The notes: a model not told the origin generated them from the sequence alone. Shown: positions 41,373 through 51,167, numbered from the stretch's first letter. The stretch: DNA of 64,000 nucleotides from an uncultured Rubritalea sp. (GCA_937923145.1 CALAJT010000024.1:3563-67562); one strand, 5' to 3'. Program-made: numbers and translations.

Positions 41373-43388
41373 TTACTGAGAAAGTTGCTGAGATTTTCCT
41401 GATGTAAGCTCCCAGAGCAGGATACTGCCATCGTTGTGACCAGTGAGAGCGCGAGTGCCGTCATGAGTGAGAGCAGATGCTATTGGTAAGGCTGGCGCAT
41501 CAGAAACGGTGCTTAGCTTTGTCCCATCAGTCTTCCATAAACGTAGAGCACGATCACGACCTGTGGTGAATAGGGTGCCATTGGGAAGATATTCCACATT
41601 TAGTGCTCCAGTGAGCCGAGTGTAGCGGTCAGTAGTTTTCATTTTATGTGCAGTGACAGCACGGAGAGGGAAGCCATCTTTCATTGACCAGAGTACTAGC
41701 TTTCCACCTTCACCGGTAGTTGCGAGAACTTCTCCATCTGGACGCCAGGCGATGTCAGTGATAGCTTCTTTATGCTCGGATAGACTGAAAACAATACCGC
41801 CAGTTTCAGCTTCCCAGACGTGAATGCCACCATTGCGGTCGCCTGTCGCTAGTAATTTTCCATCTGGGCTGAAGCGCATTGCGGTGACCCAGTCTGTATG
41901 CTTTGCGATACGGTGTTTTAATTTTCCATCTGCAGTAGTATGGATCTTGATGTTTTTACTAGGTCCACTTAAAGCGATCAGGGAATGATCTGGACTGATG
42001 TCCGCAGCTAGTACTACGTCTTGTTCATCTCCGATAGTGGCTTGAAGCTCACCGGTTTTTACATCGTATAGATTCACAGCTCCTGAGTAAGCACCTTTTC
42101 CACCTGCAGCTAGAAGTAAATTACCGTTGCGAGAAAATGTGAGGTGGTGAATGTTTCCGAGATCGAAAGGTAGAGCACCTGCTCGTGCAAGCTGAGACAC
42201 AGAATTACGTGCGATTTTATTTAGTTCATCATTAGTTAATGCACGGGAGTATATACGGAAATCATCGATACCGCCTTTGAAGTTTACTCCGTTTTTAACA
42301 CCGGCTAGGGTGTAGGGAGTTCTGGATTTTAAGAATTTTTCAAAGCTATCATTCGCCGGTTGTCTAGAGACCTCACTACCTCCAATATAAGTGACAAATT
42401 CTGATCCATTAAAGCTCATGGCGACGTGCGTCCAGAGATTAGTAGGGAATGTGCCTATGCGTCCCATGAAGACGCTTTTTTTATCTTGATCACGGTAGTT
42501 GAGTCTTAGTGTCCAACTGTCACCCTTAGGTTCTAAGAACAGACGGAAGACGTCATTACCAAATATATTTGGTGATCCTTTGTTTTCTGCATTGCTAGCG
42601 GGTAGAAGCCATGTGGAGATGGTAAATCCTTTTTCGAGATTGATTGTATCTGCTTGTTTCGGCAATTCAACTGGCTTGCCTGTAGCCTTTAGTGCTGCCC
42701 CGCTAACTTTTTTCAAATCTCCATTGTCAAAGGTTTCACGGATGATGAGATCTTCTTTAGCAACAGGGGTGAAATTATCTGCCTCTACCGCTGGGGGCAT
42801 AGGGGAATATAGGTGTATTTCATTAAGTCCACTCACCGCATATACATCTGCCCAAGGGCTAGTTGCTATTGAGAGAACAGGGGCTTTTTCTGTCTTATGT
42901 GTTGGCAATCCTTTAGGAACAGCGACTACATTTGGGCGATCACTAGAACCACTAGTGACATCAAATGATACGTCACGTAGAGCGCTTTCGCCTCCAGCAT
43001 GTGGTAGTAAACCACCTTTGATCCAGTCGCTAATCAGTGTAATGTTTTTGTCGCTAAGCTTAGGTTCCTCAGGTGGCATCGGCTCGTAGTCCTCGTGGTG
43101 AGTGATAGAGAGCATGAGGGTGCTATTGTCAGGAGTGCCTGCTGTAGCTATAGCATCGCCAGAGCTTCCCTCTAAGAAACTAGCCATAGTAGTGAGGTCA
43201 AGATCAGCTTTTTTCTTATCAGGGTTATGACAGCTGTTGCAGTGTTCCTTAAAGATGGGCTGTATGTCGGTGCGGAAATTGGGAGCTTCTTTAGCAATAA
43301 TAGTTAAAGGTGAAACGCCTAGTGCAACTGTGAGATATAGAAGAGACGAAGAGATCCGCGGTTTAAAGAGATACAGTGAAGATGTCAT
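41373..43388 (-). CDS. Planctomycete-type cytochrome c + LamG-like + WD40 repeat protein
   Basis: CNSCH heme motif, MPP, LISDWIKGG, then FTISTWL...WTHVAMSFNG...IDDFRIYSRAL (LamG), then several WD40 repeats (HTDWVTAMRFSPDG, HKEAITDIAWRPDG). Confidence 0.85.
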   Translation of the reverse strand: MTSSLYLFKPRISSSLLYLTVALGVSPLTIIAKEAPNFRTDIQPIFKEHCNSCHNPDKKKADLDLTTMASFLEGSSGDAIATAGTPDNSTLMLSITHHEDYEPMPPEEPKLSDKNITLISDWIKGGLLPHAGGESALRDVSFDVTSGSSDRPNVVAVPKGLPTHKTEKAPVLSIATSPWADVYAVSGLNEIHLYSPMPPAVEADNFTPVAKEDLIIRETFDNGDLKKVSGAALKATGKPVELPKQADTINLEKGFTISTWLLPASNAENKGSPNIFGNDVFRLFLEPKGDSWTLRLNYRDQDKKSVFMGRIGTFPTNLWTHVAMSFNGSEFVTYIGGSEVSRQPANDSFEKFLKSRTPYTLAGVKNGVNFKGGIDDFRIYSRALTNDELNKIARNSVSQLARAGALPFDLGNIHHLTFSRNGNLLLAAGGKGAYSGAVNLYDVKTGELQATIGDEQDVVLAADISPDHSLIALSGPSKNIKIHTTADGKLKHRIAKHTDWVTAMRFSPDGKLLATGDRNGGIHVWEAETGGIVFSLSEHKEAITDIAWRPDGEVLATTGEGGKLVLWSMKDGFPLRAVTAHKMKTTDRYTRLTGALNVEYLPNGTLFTTGRDRALRLWKTDGTKLSTVSDAPALPIASALTHDGTRALTGHNDGSILLWELTSGKSQQLSQ

Positions 43389-43409
43389 TACAGGTATGAT
43401 TAGAAGTGG

Positions 43410-45875
43410 CTAGTGATTCAGTAAAAATTCAGAGGAGTTCAGGAGTGACCAGAGGATACCGTCATAGTATGTGCGACGGGCTTTTTTGTCCTTAGGGTCA
43501 GGGCGGACAGATAATATGATTTCAAATTCCTCTGGTGTAGGCTTGCGAGTTAGCGCCCGAATGTAGAGGTTCTCAATAATTTGTTTAGCATCTGCCTCAG
43601 ATCCTTCAGGATGCTCTTTTAAAAGATTTTTAATGAGGTTTGTATCTCGTTCGAGAGCAGTCATGATGGTGTTGCCATTTATCAAATGCAGAGACTGCGA
43701 TAAGCTAGAATCTTTTATGGTTTCACAACCACAGACACTAAGTCTTTTAGCTTGGCCGAAGGTGGTGAAGAAGTATTTATTATAAGTGTCACTTGAGTTA
43801 CCTTCACGTAGTGCAATAGCTCGTGTTTCATTAGTTTTTCTGATTTTTGGGATGTTACCCATGGCTGCATTAAGACTGTCAAAAAGAATGTCAGCTCTTG
43901 GACGGCGAAGTGCGGCGTGTGAAAAGAATTCATTATCATCAGCGTTTGAAGGAAGAGTAGATGCCGAGAGCTGGTAAGTAGATGAATTGCAAATATCTCT
44001 GACTAGATCTCGTAAGCTGTATTCATGATCTTCAGCTAGACGACGTCCTAGTTCCTTGAGCAGTGGTCCGTTACTTGGTGGGTTACTGACACGGATGTCA
44101 TCGATAGGTTCTACAATACCTCTTCCAAAGAAGTGTTCCCATGCGCGGTTAGCTAAATTTTCACGGAACAAGGTGTTGTCCGATTTGGTGAGCCAAGTAG
44201 CCAAGATCTTGCGAGCGTCTTTACCTTTCACATCCGGAGCATCACCTCCTAGGAAACGGTGTGGTGCAGGTTCACCATGAAGAAGGTGAGGAGCTGGCTC
44301 TGCATTAATATCTGCGGAGATAAGCATTTCTTCAGCGGAGCGACCCACTTTTCGTTTAATTCCTGTGAAGAACGATGTCCACTGGTAGTAATCGTCCATG
44401 GTCCAGCGGTCGAATGGGTGATTATGGCATTCCGCACAGTTTGTGCGGATACCTAGAGCTACCTGTGCCACGTTTTGACCAAGTATGCTTGGGTTGATTG
44501 TGGTCGATTGCGGAAGCATCGTGTAGAAGTTCGATTCTGGGTTATTATAAGTAGAGCCAGTGCCAGTGATCAGTTTCTCAAAGAGCTTATTGAGAGGGAG
44601 GTCATTGTGGAATTGCTCACGTAACCATTTATAGTATTCTTCACCCGCTTTAGGTGAGGTGCCAAATTGGACATTAGTATCGGTCCGAAGCCTAAGCCAC
44701 TCGCCCCATTTTGTTGTCCAAATATCGGCGAAAGAATCGCGGGAAAGTAGTTCTTCGATTTTCTTTGCACGTCTGTCTGGTGAGTTGTCAGCTAGAAATG
44801 AATGATACTCCTCTGGACTTGGTACAGTGCCGGCAATATCGATAGTGACACGACGAAGGAAATGTTCATCAGTACTGATTGGAGATGGTTGGATACGCAG
44901 TTTTTCTAGTTTGTTGAATACGTATTCATCAATGTAGTTAGAGACAGGTGGTGGGGACCATTCGAGGTTATCATCTTTAGGGAGGACAAAAACCTCAGCT
45001 CCTTCTGTAAAACGGTTAAAACGGGCAAAGACGTGAGCTCCACCAGGGCGGTTTGCTTTAACTTTACCATATTCGTCGATAGAGACTACACCTTCATTAG
45101 AGCTTAGGAATAGACTCCAGTGCGTGACATCTTTTTCAGTTCCGTCGGAGAACGTTGCAATGACCTTAGTATTCTTCATTGCTTCTTCTGGAGAAGAAAA
45201 TTCGAGTAGGGAAGGCTCTACGCGGATGGACTCGGCGTTAGGAGCGTTTTCTAAATCACGTTTGGCTCCATTCGAGACCCAATTAAGTAGCACTTGATAG
45301 TCTGGGTGATCTTTAGTGAAGAGTTCACCTCCAGAGTGCGATACTTCTCCAGTAGCTTTTGATAAAAGTAAGCTTTCCTCAGGAGCAGCTAGGTTGATAC
45401 GGCGTCCAGGGATTTGCTCAGTGATTCTATAGAAATCACCAGGTACATCATAGCCAAATAGAGAGAGCATGAAGCCATCTTTTCCACTCGCAGCACCGTG
45501 ACAGTTTCCTGCATTACAGCCATGTCTAGAGAAGACGGGCAGAACATCATTTTTGAAAGATGGGTTAGGTGTTGATGATCTTTGGACGAGTTTTTCGTGC
45601 GAAGACGAAGATGAAGATGAAGACGAAGCAGGAACTGAAGTGTCCTTAGGGACAGAAACAGTTTTGCTTTTAGAGGATGGGGCTGCCGCTATGGCAGTTG
45701 TTTTAGCTATCGAGTTAGCAACACCTTGATTTAATTGGGTTGATGATTTTGCTGAAGCTTTATTTTCAGCGGTATTTCCTTTGGTCCCTTGATAGATGTA
45801 GCCACCTAGAAAGGATAGGATACATATAGTGATGAGAGATTTTATCTTTGCGGGTGTTGTAAGTGATAGAGCCAT
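43410..45875 (-). CDS. DUF1549/DUF1553 (PSD1) domain protein with Ig-like domain
   Basis: FKNDVLPVFSRHGCNAGNCHG, FLRRVTIDIAG, CAECHNHPFDRW, NRAWEHFFGRG and LLNSSEFLLNH motifs. Confidence 0.9.
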   Translation of the reverse strand: MALSLTTPAKIKSLITICILSFLGGYIYQGTKGNTAENKASAKSSTQLNQGVANSIAKTTAIAAAPSSKSKTVSVPKDTSVPASSSSSSSSSHEKLVQRSSTPNPSFKNDVLPVFSRHGCNAGNCHGAASGKDGFMLSLFGYDVPGDFYRITEQIPGRRINLAAPEESLLLSKATGEVSHSGGELFTKDHPDYQVLLNWVSNGAKRDLENAPNAESIRVEPSLLEFSSPEEAMKNTKVIATFSDGTEKDVTHWSLFLSSNEGVVSIDEYGKVKANRPGGAHVFARFNRFTEGAEVFVLPKDDNLEWSPPPVSNYIDEYVFNKLEKLRIQPSPISTDEHFLRRVTIDIAGTVPSPEEYHSFLADNSPDRRAKKIEELLSRDSFADIWTTKWGEWLRLRTDTNVQFGTSPKAGEEYYKWLREQFHNDLPLNKLFEKLITGTGSTYNNPESNFYTMLPQSTTINPSILGQNVAQVALGIRTNCAECHNHPFDRWTMDDYYQWTSFFTGIKRKVGRSAEEMLISADINAEPAPHLLHGEPAPHRFLGGDAPDVKGKDARKILATWLTKSDNTLFRENLANRAWEHFFGRGIVEPIDDIRVSNPPSNGPLLKELGRRLAEDHEYSLRDLVRDICNSSTYQLSASTLPSNADDNEFFSHAALRRPRADILFDSLNAAMGNIPKIRKTNETRAIALREGNSSDTYNKYFFTTFGQAKRLSVCGCETIKDSSLSQSLHLINGNTIMTALERDTNLIKNLLKEHPEGSEADAKQIIENLYIRALTRKPTPEEFEIILSVRPDPKDKKARRTYYDGILWSLLNSSEFLLNH

Positions 45876-45879
45876 GATT

Positions 45880-47232
45880 TTAAGCTATGATTGAGTCGAT
45901 AGGTTTCCCTTCTTCAATGATTTCCATAGGACGGTCTCCAGAAGCCATTAGCTCTTTGTCTGAATTGATTCCGATGAGTTTGTAGATAGTGCTGTGGAGG
46001 TCTGCAAGAGGCACCCCGTCACTAGCCACTTCTGACGATGTAGTGTCAGAATCACCATAGAAGGCGCCTTTTTTAAGTCCACCACCAGCCATGCCGATAG
46101 AAAATACGCGTGACCAGTGATCGCGTCCCGCTACGTTATTAACCTTAGGAGTGCGTCCAAATTCTGAGGTTACCCAAACGAGTGTGCTGTCTAAGAGACC
46201 GCGTTCTTCGAGGTCTCGTATTAGAGCTGCAAGGGCATTATCAAAGGCTGGCATTTGCTCTTCATAGCTCTTTTTAATATTTGTATGATCATCCCAAGAT
46301 CCGTATTGGAGTGTAACGAAACGTGAACCAGCTTCTACGAGGCGACGCGCGAGTAGCATTCTCATGCCTGCTTCACCACCATATTTACCGAATTTTCCAA
46401 GACCATAATTCTCTTTCGTTTGTTTAGTTTCCTGGGTAATATCAAATGCATCACGAACTGCATCAGAGCTCATCATTTGGTAAGCCTGTTTGTAATAAGC
46501 GTCTAATGTATCAAGAGGTGCTGGATTAGCCTCGATCTTACGGAAGGTATTATTTACCATGTCGCGCATTTTTTGACGCTGCTCAAATTCTTGAAGCGAT
46601 ATGCCAGTAGGCAATCTAAGGTCTCTGACTGCGATTTGTCCGCTGTCCGGTGTGTTTCCTGTAGAGAATGGACCGTATTGAGTATTGAGATAACCAGATT
46701 CTCCACCTAAATCGTTACCGATAGAAATATATCCAGGAAGGGCGCCGCGACGCTCATACTCATGGTTAACTATTGTACCAATGGTCGGGTGCTGGATAGC
46801 AGGGGTCATAGGATAACCACGTAACATATGGTAAGAAGCTTGTTCATGGTCAGGGATTTTTCCAACAACTGAGCGAACTACAGTCATGCGATCAGCGATC
46901 TTAGCAATTTCTGGCCAGATTTCACCGATTTTAATTCCTGGAATAGGAGTCTTATTGATACCAAAAGGACCACGGTATTCAACAGGAGATTCTGGTTTAG
47001 GGTTCCAAGTTTCTTGTGCTGCGATACCGCCAGGAAGAACTATTTGAATTACACTTTTAGCAGGTCCTTGAATGGAGGCGTAGTCTTTCTGAGCAGCTTC
47101 GATACGGAGCATTTGCCCGAGAGTTAAGCCCAGCGCGCTGAGTGAGCCTACTCGGAGGGCATCTCTTCGTGAGTAGTTCTGAAGAGTATTGAAGCCTTGA
47201 CATCCTGAAGTATTATTGCGTTTACGTCTCAT
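45880..47232 (-). CDS. DUF1501 domain protein with Tat-like signal
   Basis: SRRDALRVG twin-arginine motif, LARRLVEAGSRFV, WDDH, SEFGRTPKVN and GRDHW. Confidence 0.92.
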   Translation of the reverse strand: MRRKRNNTSGCQGFNTLQNYSRRDALRVGSLSALGLTLGQMLRIEAAQKDYASIQGPAKSVIQIVLPGGIAAQETWNPKPESPVEYRGPFGINKTPIPGIKIGEIWPEIAKIADRMTVVRSVVGKIPDHEQASYHMLRGYPMTPAIQHPTIGTIVNHEYERRGALPGYISIGNDLGGESGYLNTQYGPFSTGNTPDSGQIAVRDLRLPTGISLQEFEQRQKMRDMVNNTFRKIEANPAPLDTLDAYYKQAYQMMSSDAVRDAFDITQETKQTKENYGLGKFGKYGGEAGMRMLLARRLVEAGSRFVTLQYGSWDDHTNIKKSYEEQMPAFDNALAALIRDLEERGLLDSTLVWVTSEFGRTPKVNNVAGRDHWSRVFSIGMAGGGLKKGAFYGDSDTTSSEVASDGVPLADLHSTIYKLIGINSDKELMASGDRPMEIIEEGKPIDSIIA

Positions 47233-47268
47233 ATTATTTGTAGGTTAAAGATTCGAGGTATTAGAATT

Positions 47269-47298
47269 AGTGTTGCCGTTGAAAGTGTTGCCGTTGAA
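47269..47298. repeat. 15-bp perfect tandem duplication
   Basis: AGTGTTGCCGTTGAA at 47269-47283 and 47284-47298, about 37 bp upstream of the DUF1501 start. Confidence 0.85.
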
Positions 47299-47367
47299 GT
47301 TGATCTATGCAGATTAGACTATTTTTTAGATAGTTATTATATTCTTAATTAGAGAATAATCGTCCTT

Positions 47368-47406
47368 TTAGTAATACTCATTAGTAATACACATTAGTGA
47401 TACGCC
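47368..47406. repeat. Three tandem 13-bp direct repeats
   Basis: TTAGTAATACTCA / TTAGTAATACACA / TTAGTGATACGCC in the divergent intergenic region. Confidence 0.75.
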
Positions 47407-47583
47407 ATGTAAAGGGTGTTTTTACACTCTTATGCGAAATTTGAATGTGTTTATTGCGTATTCGTGTCTGTCTGGTTTTCGTGATAAGAGCTATGTATAA
47501 TAATGTTCTAACTAACAATAGACTATGTTTTATAAAGTGCCAAACTATAATCCAGATTAAAATCTATACAATTAGGTTTTAAT

Positions 47584-47612
47584 AATTAAAAATGTTCATA
47601 ACATTTTTAATT
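47584..47612. promoter_or_regulatory. 13-3-13 perfect inverted repeat upstream of argJ, candidate operator
   Basis: AATTAAAAATGTT-CAT-AACATTTTTAATT, about 55 bp before the argJ ATG. Confidence 0.4.
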
Positions 47613-47666
47613 TGATGCTGAAAAAGTCTATACAATCAGTTTGTAATATTTAAATATAACTACTTT

Positions 47667-48926
47667 ATGTCTTCGGTCTACAGAAAAATAAAAGGAGGGG
47701 TAACAGCTCCAAAAGGGTTTATAGCTAATGCGGTAAGTACTGGAATTAAGAACCCAAATGCAGACCGATTAGATATGGCTTTAATTTATAGCGAAGTTTC
47801 TTGTACTGCGGCAGGAACATTCACTACTAACCGTGTGAAGGCAGCTCCAGTGCGAGTCAGTCAAGCTCACCTAAGGGATGCAGATGTGCGAGCTATTCTT
47901 GTAAATAGTGGTAATGCTAATGCCTGCACCGGAGTTAAAGGTGTAAAAGATGCGAGACTTACTGCTAGAATCGTAGGTAAAAAACTAGGTCTCAAGCAAT
48001 CTCAAGTGGCTGTTTGTTCTACAGGAGTCATCGGTCTGCCGATGCCAATGGCAAGAATAGAGCCCAAGCTCCCTGATTTAGTAGAAGGTCTAGAGCGTAT
48101 GAAATCTCTAAGTGTGGCTCAGGCTATTATGACTAGTGATACCACACATAAGCAAATTGCGGTGAGAGTGATGATCGATGGGATTCCCGTTAAAATCGGT
48201 GCGTGCGCTAAAGGGGCAGGGATGATTAATCCTCACATGGCCACCATGCTCTGCTTCGTCACGACTGATGCAAAGCTTTCAAAAGCGGCGCTCAGTAAGT
48301 GTGTTACAGAATCTGTAGAAGGATCATTTAATAGAATCACTATCGATGGTGATATGAGCACTAATGATAGTGTGATCGTCCTAGCAAATGGAGAAAGTGG
48401 TGCACCCGCAATCAAGCGCCAGACTAAATGGTGTAAGATGTTTCAACAGGCGCTTAACTTCGTAATGCTCGAAATGGCGAAGTCATTAGTCAGAGACGGC
48501 GAGCGTGTGACAAAATTTGTTACCGTAAATGTGAGGGGAGCTAGAACTTTTAGCGACGCTAGAAAAGTAGCAGAGGCAGTAGCGAACTCATCTCTAGTAA
48601 AAAGCTCGTGGAATGGAAACGACCCAAACTGGGGGAGAATCATCCATGCAGTGGGGTATTCTAAAGCCATGATAAGAGAAGAGCTCATCGATATTCATAT
48701 TGGTGGCTTAGCTGCCTGCATCGGTGGCTTAGAAGCAAAGACTAAAATGGATAGTCTGCGTAAAAAAGTAGCGGCAGATGCCTTTACGATAGATATTAAT
48801 CTCAACCTTTGTGAGGGTGAATACACGATTTATAGTAGTGATCTCTCGCCAGAATATGTTGATTTTAATCGCTCGGAATACGCTTACTGGAAACAGGCCC
48901 GCAAGGACGGCTTAACTCAGCAATAG
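47667..48926 (+). CDS. argJ: Bifunctional glutamate N-acetyltransferase / amino-acid acetyltransferase
   Basis: FTTNRVKAAPV, NSGNANACTG, STGVIG, AIMTSDT, KGAGMINPHMATML, DGDMSTND (autocleavage Thr) and DPNWGRI motifs. Confidence 0.97.
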   Translation: MSSVYRKIKGGVTAPKGFIANAVSTGIKNPNADRLDMALIYSEVSCTAAGTFTTNRVKAAPVRVSQAHLRDADVRAILVNSGNANACTGVKGVKDARLTARIVGKKLGLKQSQVAVCSTGVIGLPMPMARIEPKLPDLVEGLERMKSLSVAQAIMTSDTTHKQIAVRVMIDGIPVKIGACAKGAGMINPHMATMLCFVTTDAKLSKAALSKCVTESVEGSFNRITIDGDMSTNDSVIVLANGESGAPAIKRQTKWCKMFQQALNFVMLEMAKSLVRDGERVTKFVTVNVRGARTFSDARKVAEAVANSSLVKSSWNGNDPNWGRIIHAVGYSKAMIREELIDIHIGGLAACIGGLEAKTKMDSLRKKVAADAFTIDINLNLCEGEYTIYSSDLSPEYVDFNRSEYAYWKQARKDGLTQQ

Positions 48927-48967
48927 TGGTCTAAATTCTTCATTTGAGAACTTTTTTCAAATCCTTT

Positions 48968-48986
48968 ATTGCAAATGATTCTCAAT
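48968..48986. promoter_or_regulatory. Fur-box-like operator upstream of feoA
   Basis: ATTGCAAATGATTCTCAAT has a 7-1-7 core TGCAAAT-G-ATTCTCA, compared with the Fur consensus TGATAAT-N-ATTATCA. It lies 28 bp before the feoA ATG. Confidence 0.7.
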
Positions 48987-49014
48987 AGTGTTTATTTGTG
49001 ACGTAAACATAATT

Positions 49015-49248
49015 ATGGCAACCGAAACACAGAATTATAAAACTCTTACTGAAGCTACTGCTGGGAATACTTGGCGGATAAGCTCCTTTGTGGGTAAAGG
49101 TTGCAAGCAACTTCGTGAGATGGGATTCTGCGAGAAATCTAAGATTACTAAGCTCAGCAACGGTCGCAATATTATTTGTGTGACCTGCGGCACTAAATTA
49201 GTTCTAAACCGTAAATTAGCCGATCAAGTACTCGTTTGTCCCGCGTAG
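49015..49248 (+). CDS. feoA: Ferrous iron transport protein A
   Basis: QLREMGF...LVLNRKLADQVLV pattern, directly upstream of feoB. Start at ATG 49015. Confidence 0.85.
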   Translation: MATETQNYKTLTEATAGNTWRISSFVGKGCKQLREMGFCEKSKITKLSNGRNIICVTCGTKLVLNRKLADQVLVCPA

Positions 49249-49273
49249 GCACGATTATTCATTATTTAAGCTT

Positions 49274-51163
49274 ATGTCTGATTCATTAGAGTCGAAAAAT
49301 GTTGTCCTAGTAGGAAACCCGAATGCTGGTAAAACTACACTTTTTAATGCTCTCACTGGGCAAAACCAAAAAGTAGGTAACTACTCAGGTGTCACGGTGA
49401 GCAAGAAATCGGGCACCTTCAGATCGCCTGATGGACGTCAGATGAATCTTTTAGATTTACCTGGGTGTTATTCACTTTCGCCTACCTCTGAAGATGAGAA
49501 AATCACAGTTAGTGTTCTCACAGGGAATCAATCTGAGGAGCAAAAGCCGGACGTAGTAGTCTGTGTGGTGGATGCTTCGTCTCTAGAGCGTCAGTTGAGA
49601 TTACTTCTAGAAGTTATCGAACTAGGAATCCCTGTAGTGCTTGCTCTAAACATGGTGGACATGGCTGAGAACAAGGGCGTGCGACTTGACCCTACTATTC
49701 TCGCAGAAGAGTTAGGAATCCCAGTGGTTCCTATGCAGGCAAATAAGGGTAAAGGAATCGTAGAGCTTAAGCAGGCGCTCAGGCAGCCATTTCCTACTCC
49801 AGCAGACCATGCTTGGGATGCTAGTGAGGATGCTCGCACGGAGAAAATTCAGAAAATCACTGAGTCTGGAGCCAGACGCTCAGAAAACCACTCGCATACC
49901 AAGAGCGATCAGCTAGACGCTTGGTTTCTTCACCCGATCACTGGGTGGATAAGTTTTATCCTTATAATGCTGGTGGTCTTCTGGTCGATCTTTGCGCTCT
50001 CTGGAGTGCCTATGGATTTCATTGATTCTAGCTTTGGTTCTATAGGAGAAAGTGTCAGTAATGCGTTGCCAGAAGGGGACTTGCAGAGCTTATTGGTCGA
50101 TGGTGTTGTTGCTGGGCTAGGTGGTACGATTATATTCTTACCACAGATTGTCATTCTTTTCTTCTTCATCGGTCTCATGGAGACCACTGGTTACATGAGC
50201 AGGGCAGCCTATCTTATGGATGGAATTATGTTCAAGGTAGGGCTTAGCGGCAGAGCATTTCTACCTCTGCTAAGTTCCCACGCATGTGCTATCCCTGGAA
50301 TCATGGCTACTCGCACTATTCCTAGTGCTAGGGAAAGATTTATCACGATTCTTATCGCTCCGTGGATGAGTTGCTCAGCGCGTATTCCAGTCTATACGAC
50401 GCTCATCGCATTGCTCTTGCCAGGAGTGAGTTTCATGGCGAAGGCTGGTATAATGCTTAGCATCTATTCAGTGGGTATTATTACAGCGATGATCGCTGCG
50501 AAGCTTCTCAGAAGGCGTATTCCAGCGGATCAGGAAGCCACTCACTTTATGTTGGAACTTCCTAGTTACCAAGCTCCACAGTGGGGGTACTTGATTAGAC
50601 AAGTTCTCTCCAGAGCATGGTCCTTCCTGAAACGTGCAGGTTCTATCATTCTAGGGCTTTCCATTCTACTCTGGGCACTGCAGACCTACCCGAAGCCGGC
50701 GGAAGGTAGTCCAGCGTCTGAAAACGGAGCACTAGCGCTTGAGCAGTCTTACATGGGGAAAATGGGCAAGTCCATTGAGCCTGTAGTGAAGCCACTCGGT
50801 TATGATTGGCGTATGGGAACGGCTGTTATAGCTTCATTCGCAGCGAGAGAAGTATTTATCTCCAATCTCATGATCACCTATGCTGTAGAGAGCGACGATG
50901 ATGACGAGGGCAACGAACTGCTCAGAGATAAGCTAGCCAAGTCCACCTGGCCAGACGGTAGTAAAATCTACACACCATTGACCATCTTCAGTCTCTTAAT
51001 ATTCTTCATCTATGCCCTACAGTGTCTGCCAACTACTGTTGTAGTGATGCGTGAACTTAACTCTAGGAAGTGGGCGATTTATCAGTTGGTTGGCATGAGT
51101 GCCTTTGCCTACTTTGCTGCATTAATAGTCTACCAGGGAGGGAAGCTACTAGGCTATCAGTAA
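49274..51163 (+). CDS. feoB: Ferrous iron transport protein B
   Basis: GNPNAGKTTLFNALTG, VGNYSGVTV, DLPGCYSL, LNMVD, YMSRAA, MSCSARIP and FAAREV motifs. Confidence 0.97.
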   Translation: MSDSLESKNVVLVGNPNAGKTTLFNALTGQNQKVGNYSGVTVSKKSGTFRSPDGRQMNLLDLPGCYSLSPTSEDEKITVSVLTGNQSEEQKPDVVVCVVDASSLERQLRLLLEVIELGIPVVLALNMVDMAENKGVRLDPTILAEELGIPVVPMQANKGKGIVELKQALRQPFPTPADHAWDASEDARTEKIQKITESGARRSENHSHTKSDQLDAWFLHPITGWISFILIMLVVFWSIFALSGVPMDFIDSSFGSIGESVSNALPEGDLQSLLVDGVVAGLGGTIIFLPQIVILFFFIGLMETTGYMSRAAYLMDGIMFKVGLSGRAFLPLLSSHACAIPGIMATRTIPSARERFITILIAPWMSCSARIPVYTTLIALLLPGVSFMAKAGIMLSIYSVGIITAMIAAKLLRRRIPADQEATHFMLELPSYQAPQWGYLIRQVLSRAWSFLKRAGSIILGLSILLWALQTYPKPAEGSPASENGALALEQSYMGKMGKSIEPVVKPLGYDWRMGTAVIASFAAREVFISNLMITYAVESDDDDEGNELLRDKLAKSTWPDGSKIYTPLTIFSLLIFFIYALQCLPTTVVVMRELNSRKWAIYQLVGMSAFAYFAALIVYQGGKLLGYQ

Positions 51164-51167
51164 TCTT

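Noticed and set aside
45590-45780. Ser-rich GAAGAC/GAAGAT run in the DUF1549 gene as a contingency repeat
   Set aside because: It is an in-frame, imperfect low-complexity linker; unit changes would not shift the frame.
47269-47406. Short repeats as a CRISPR array or plasmid iterons
   Set aside because: The units are 13-15 bp, directly adjacent with no spacers, only 2-3 copies, and there are no cas or rep genes.
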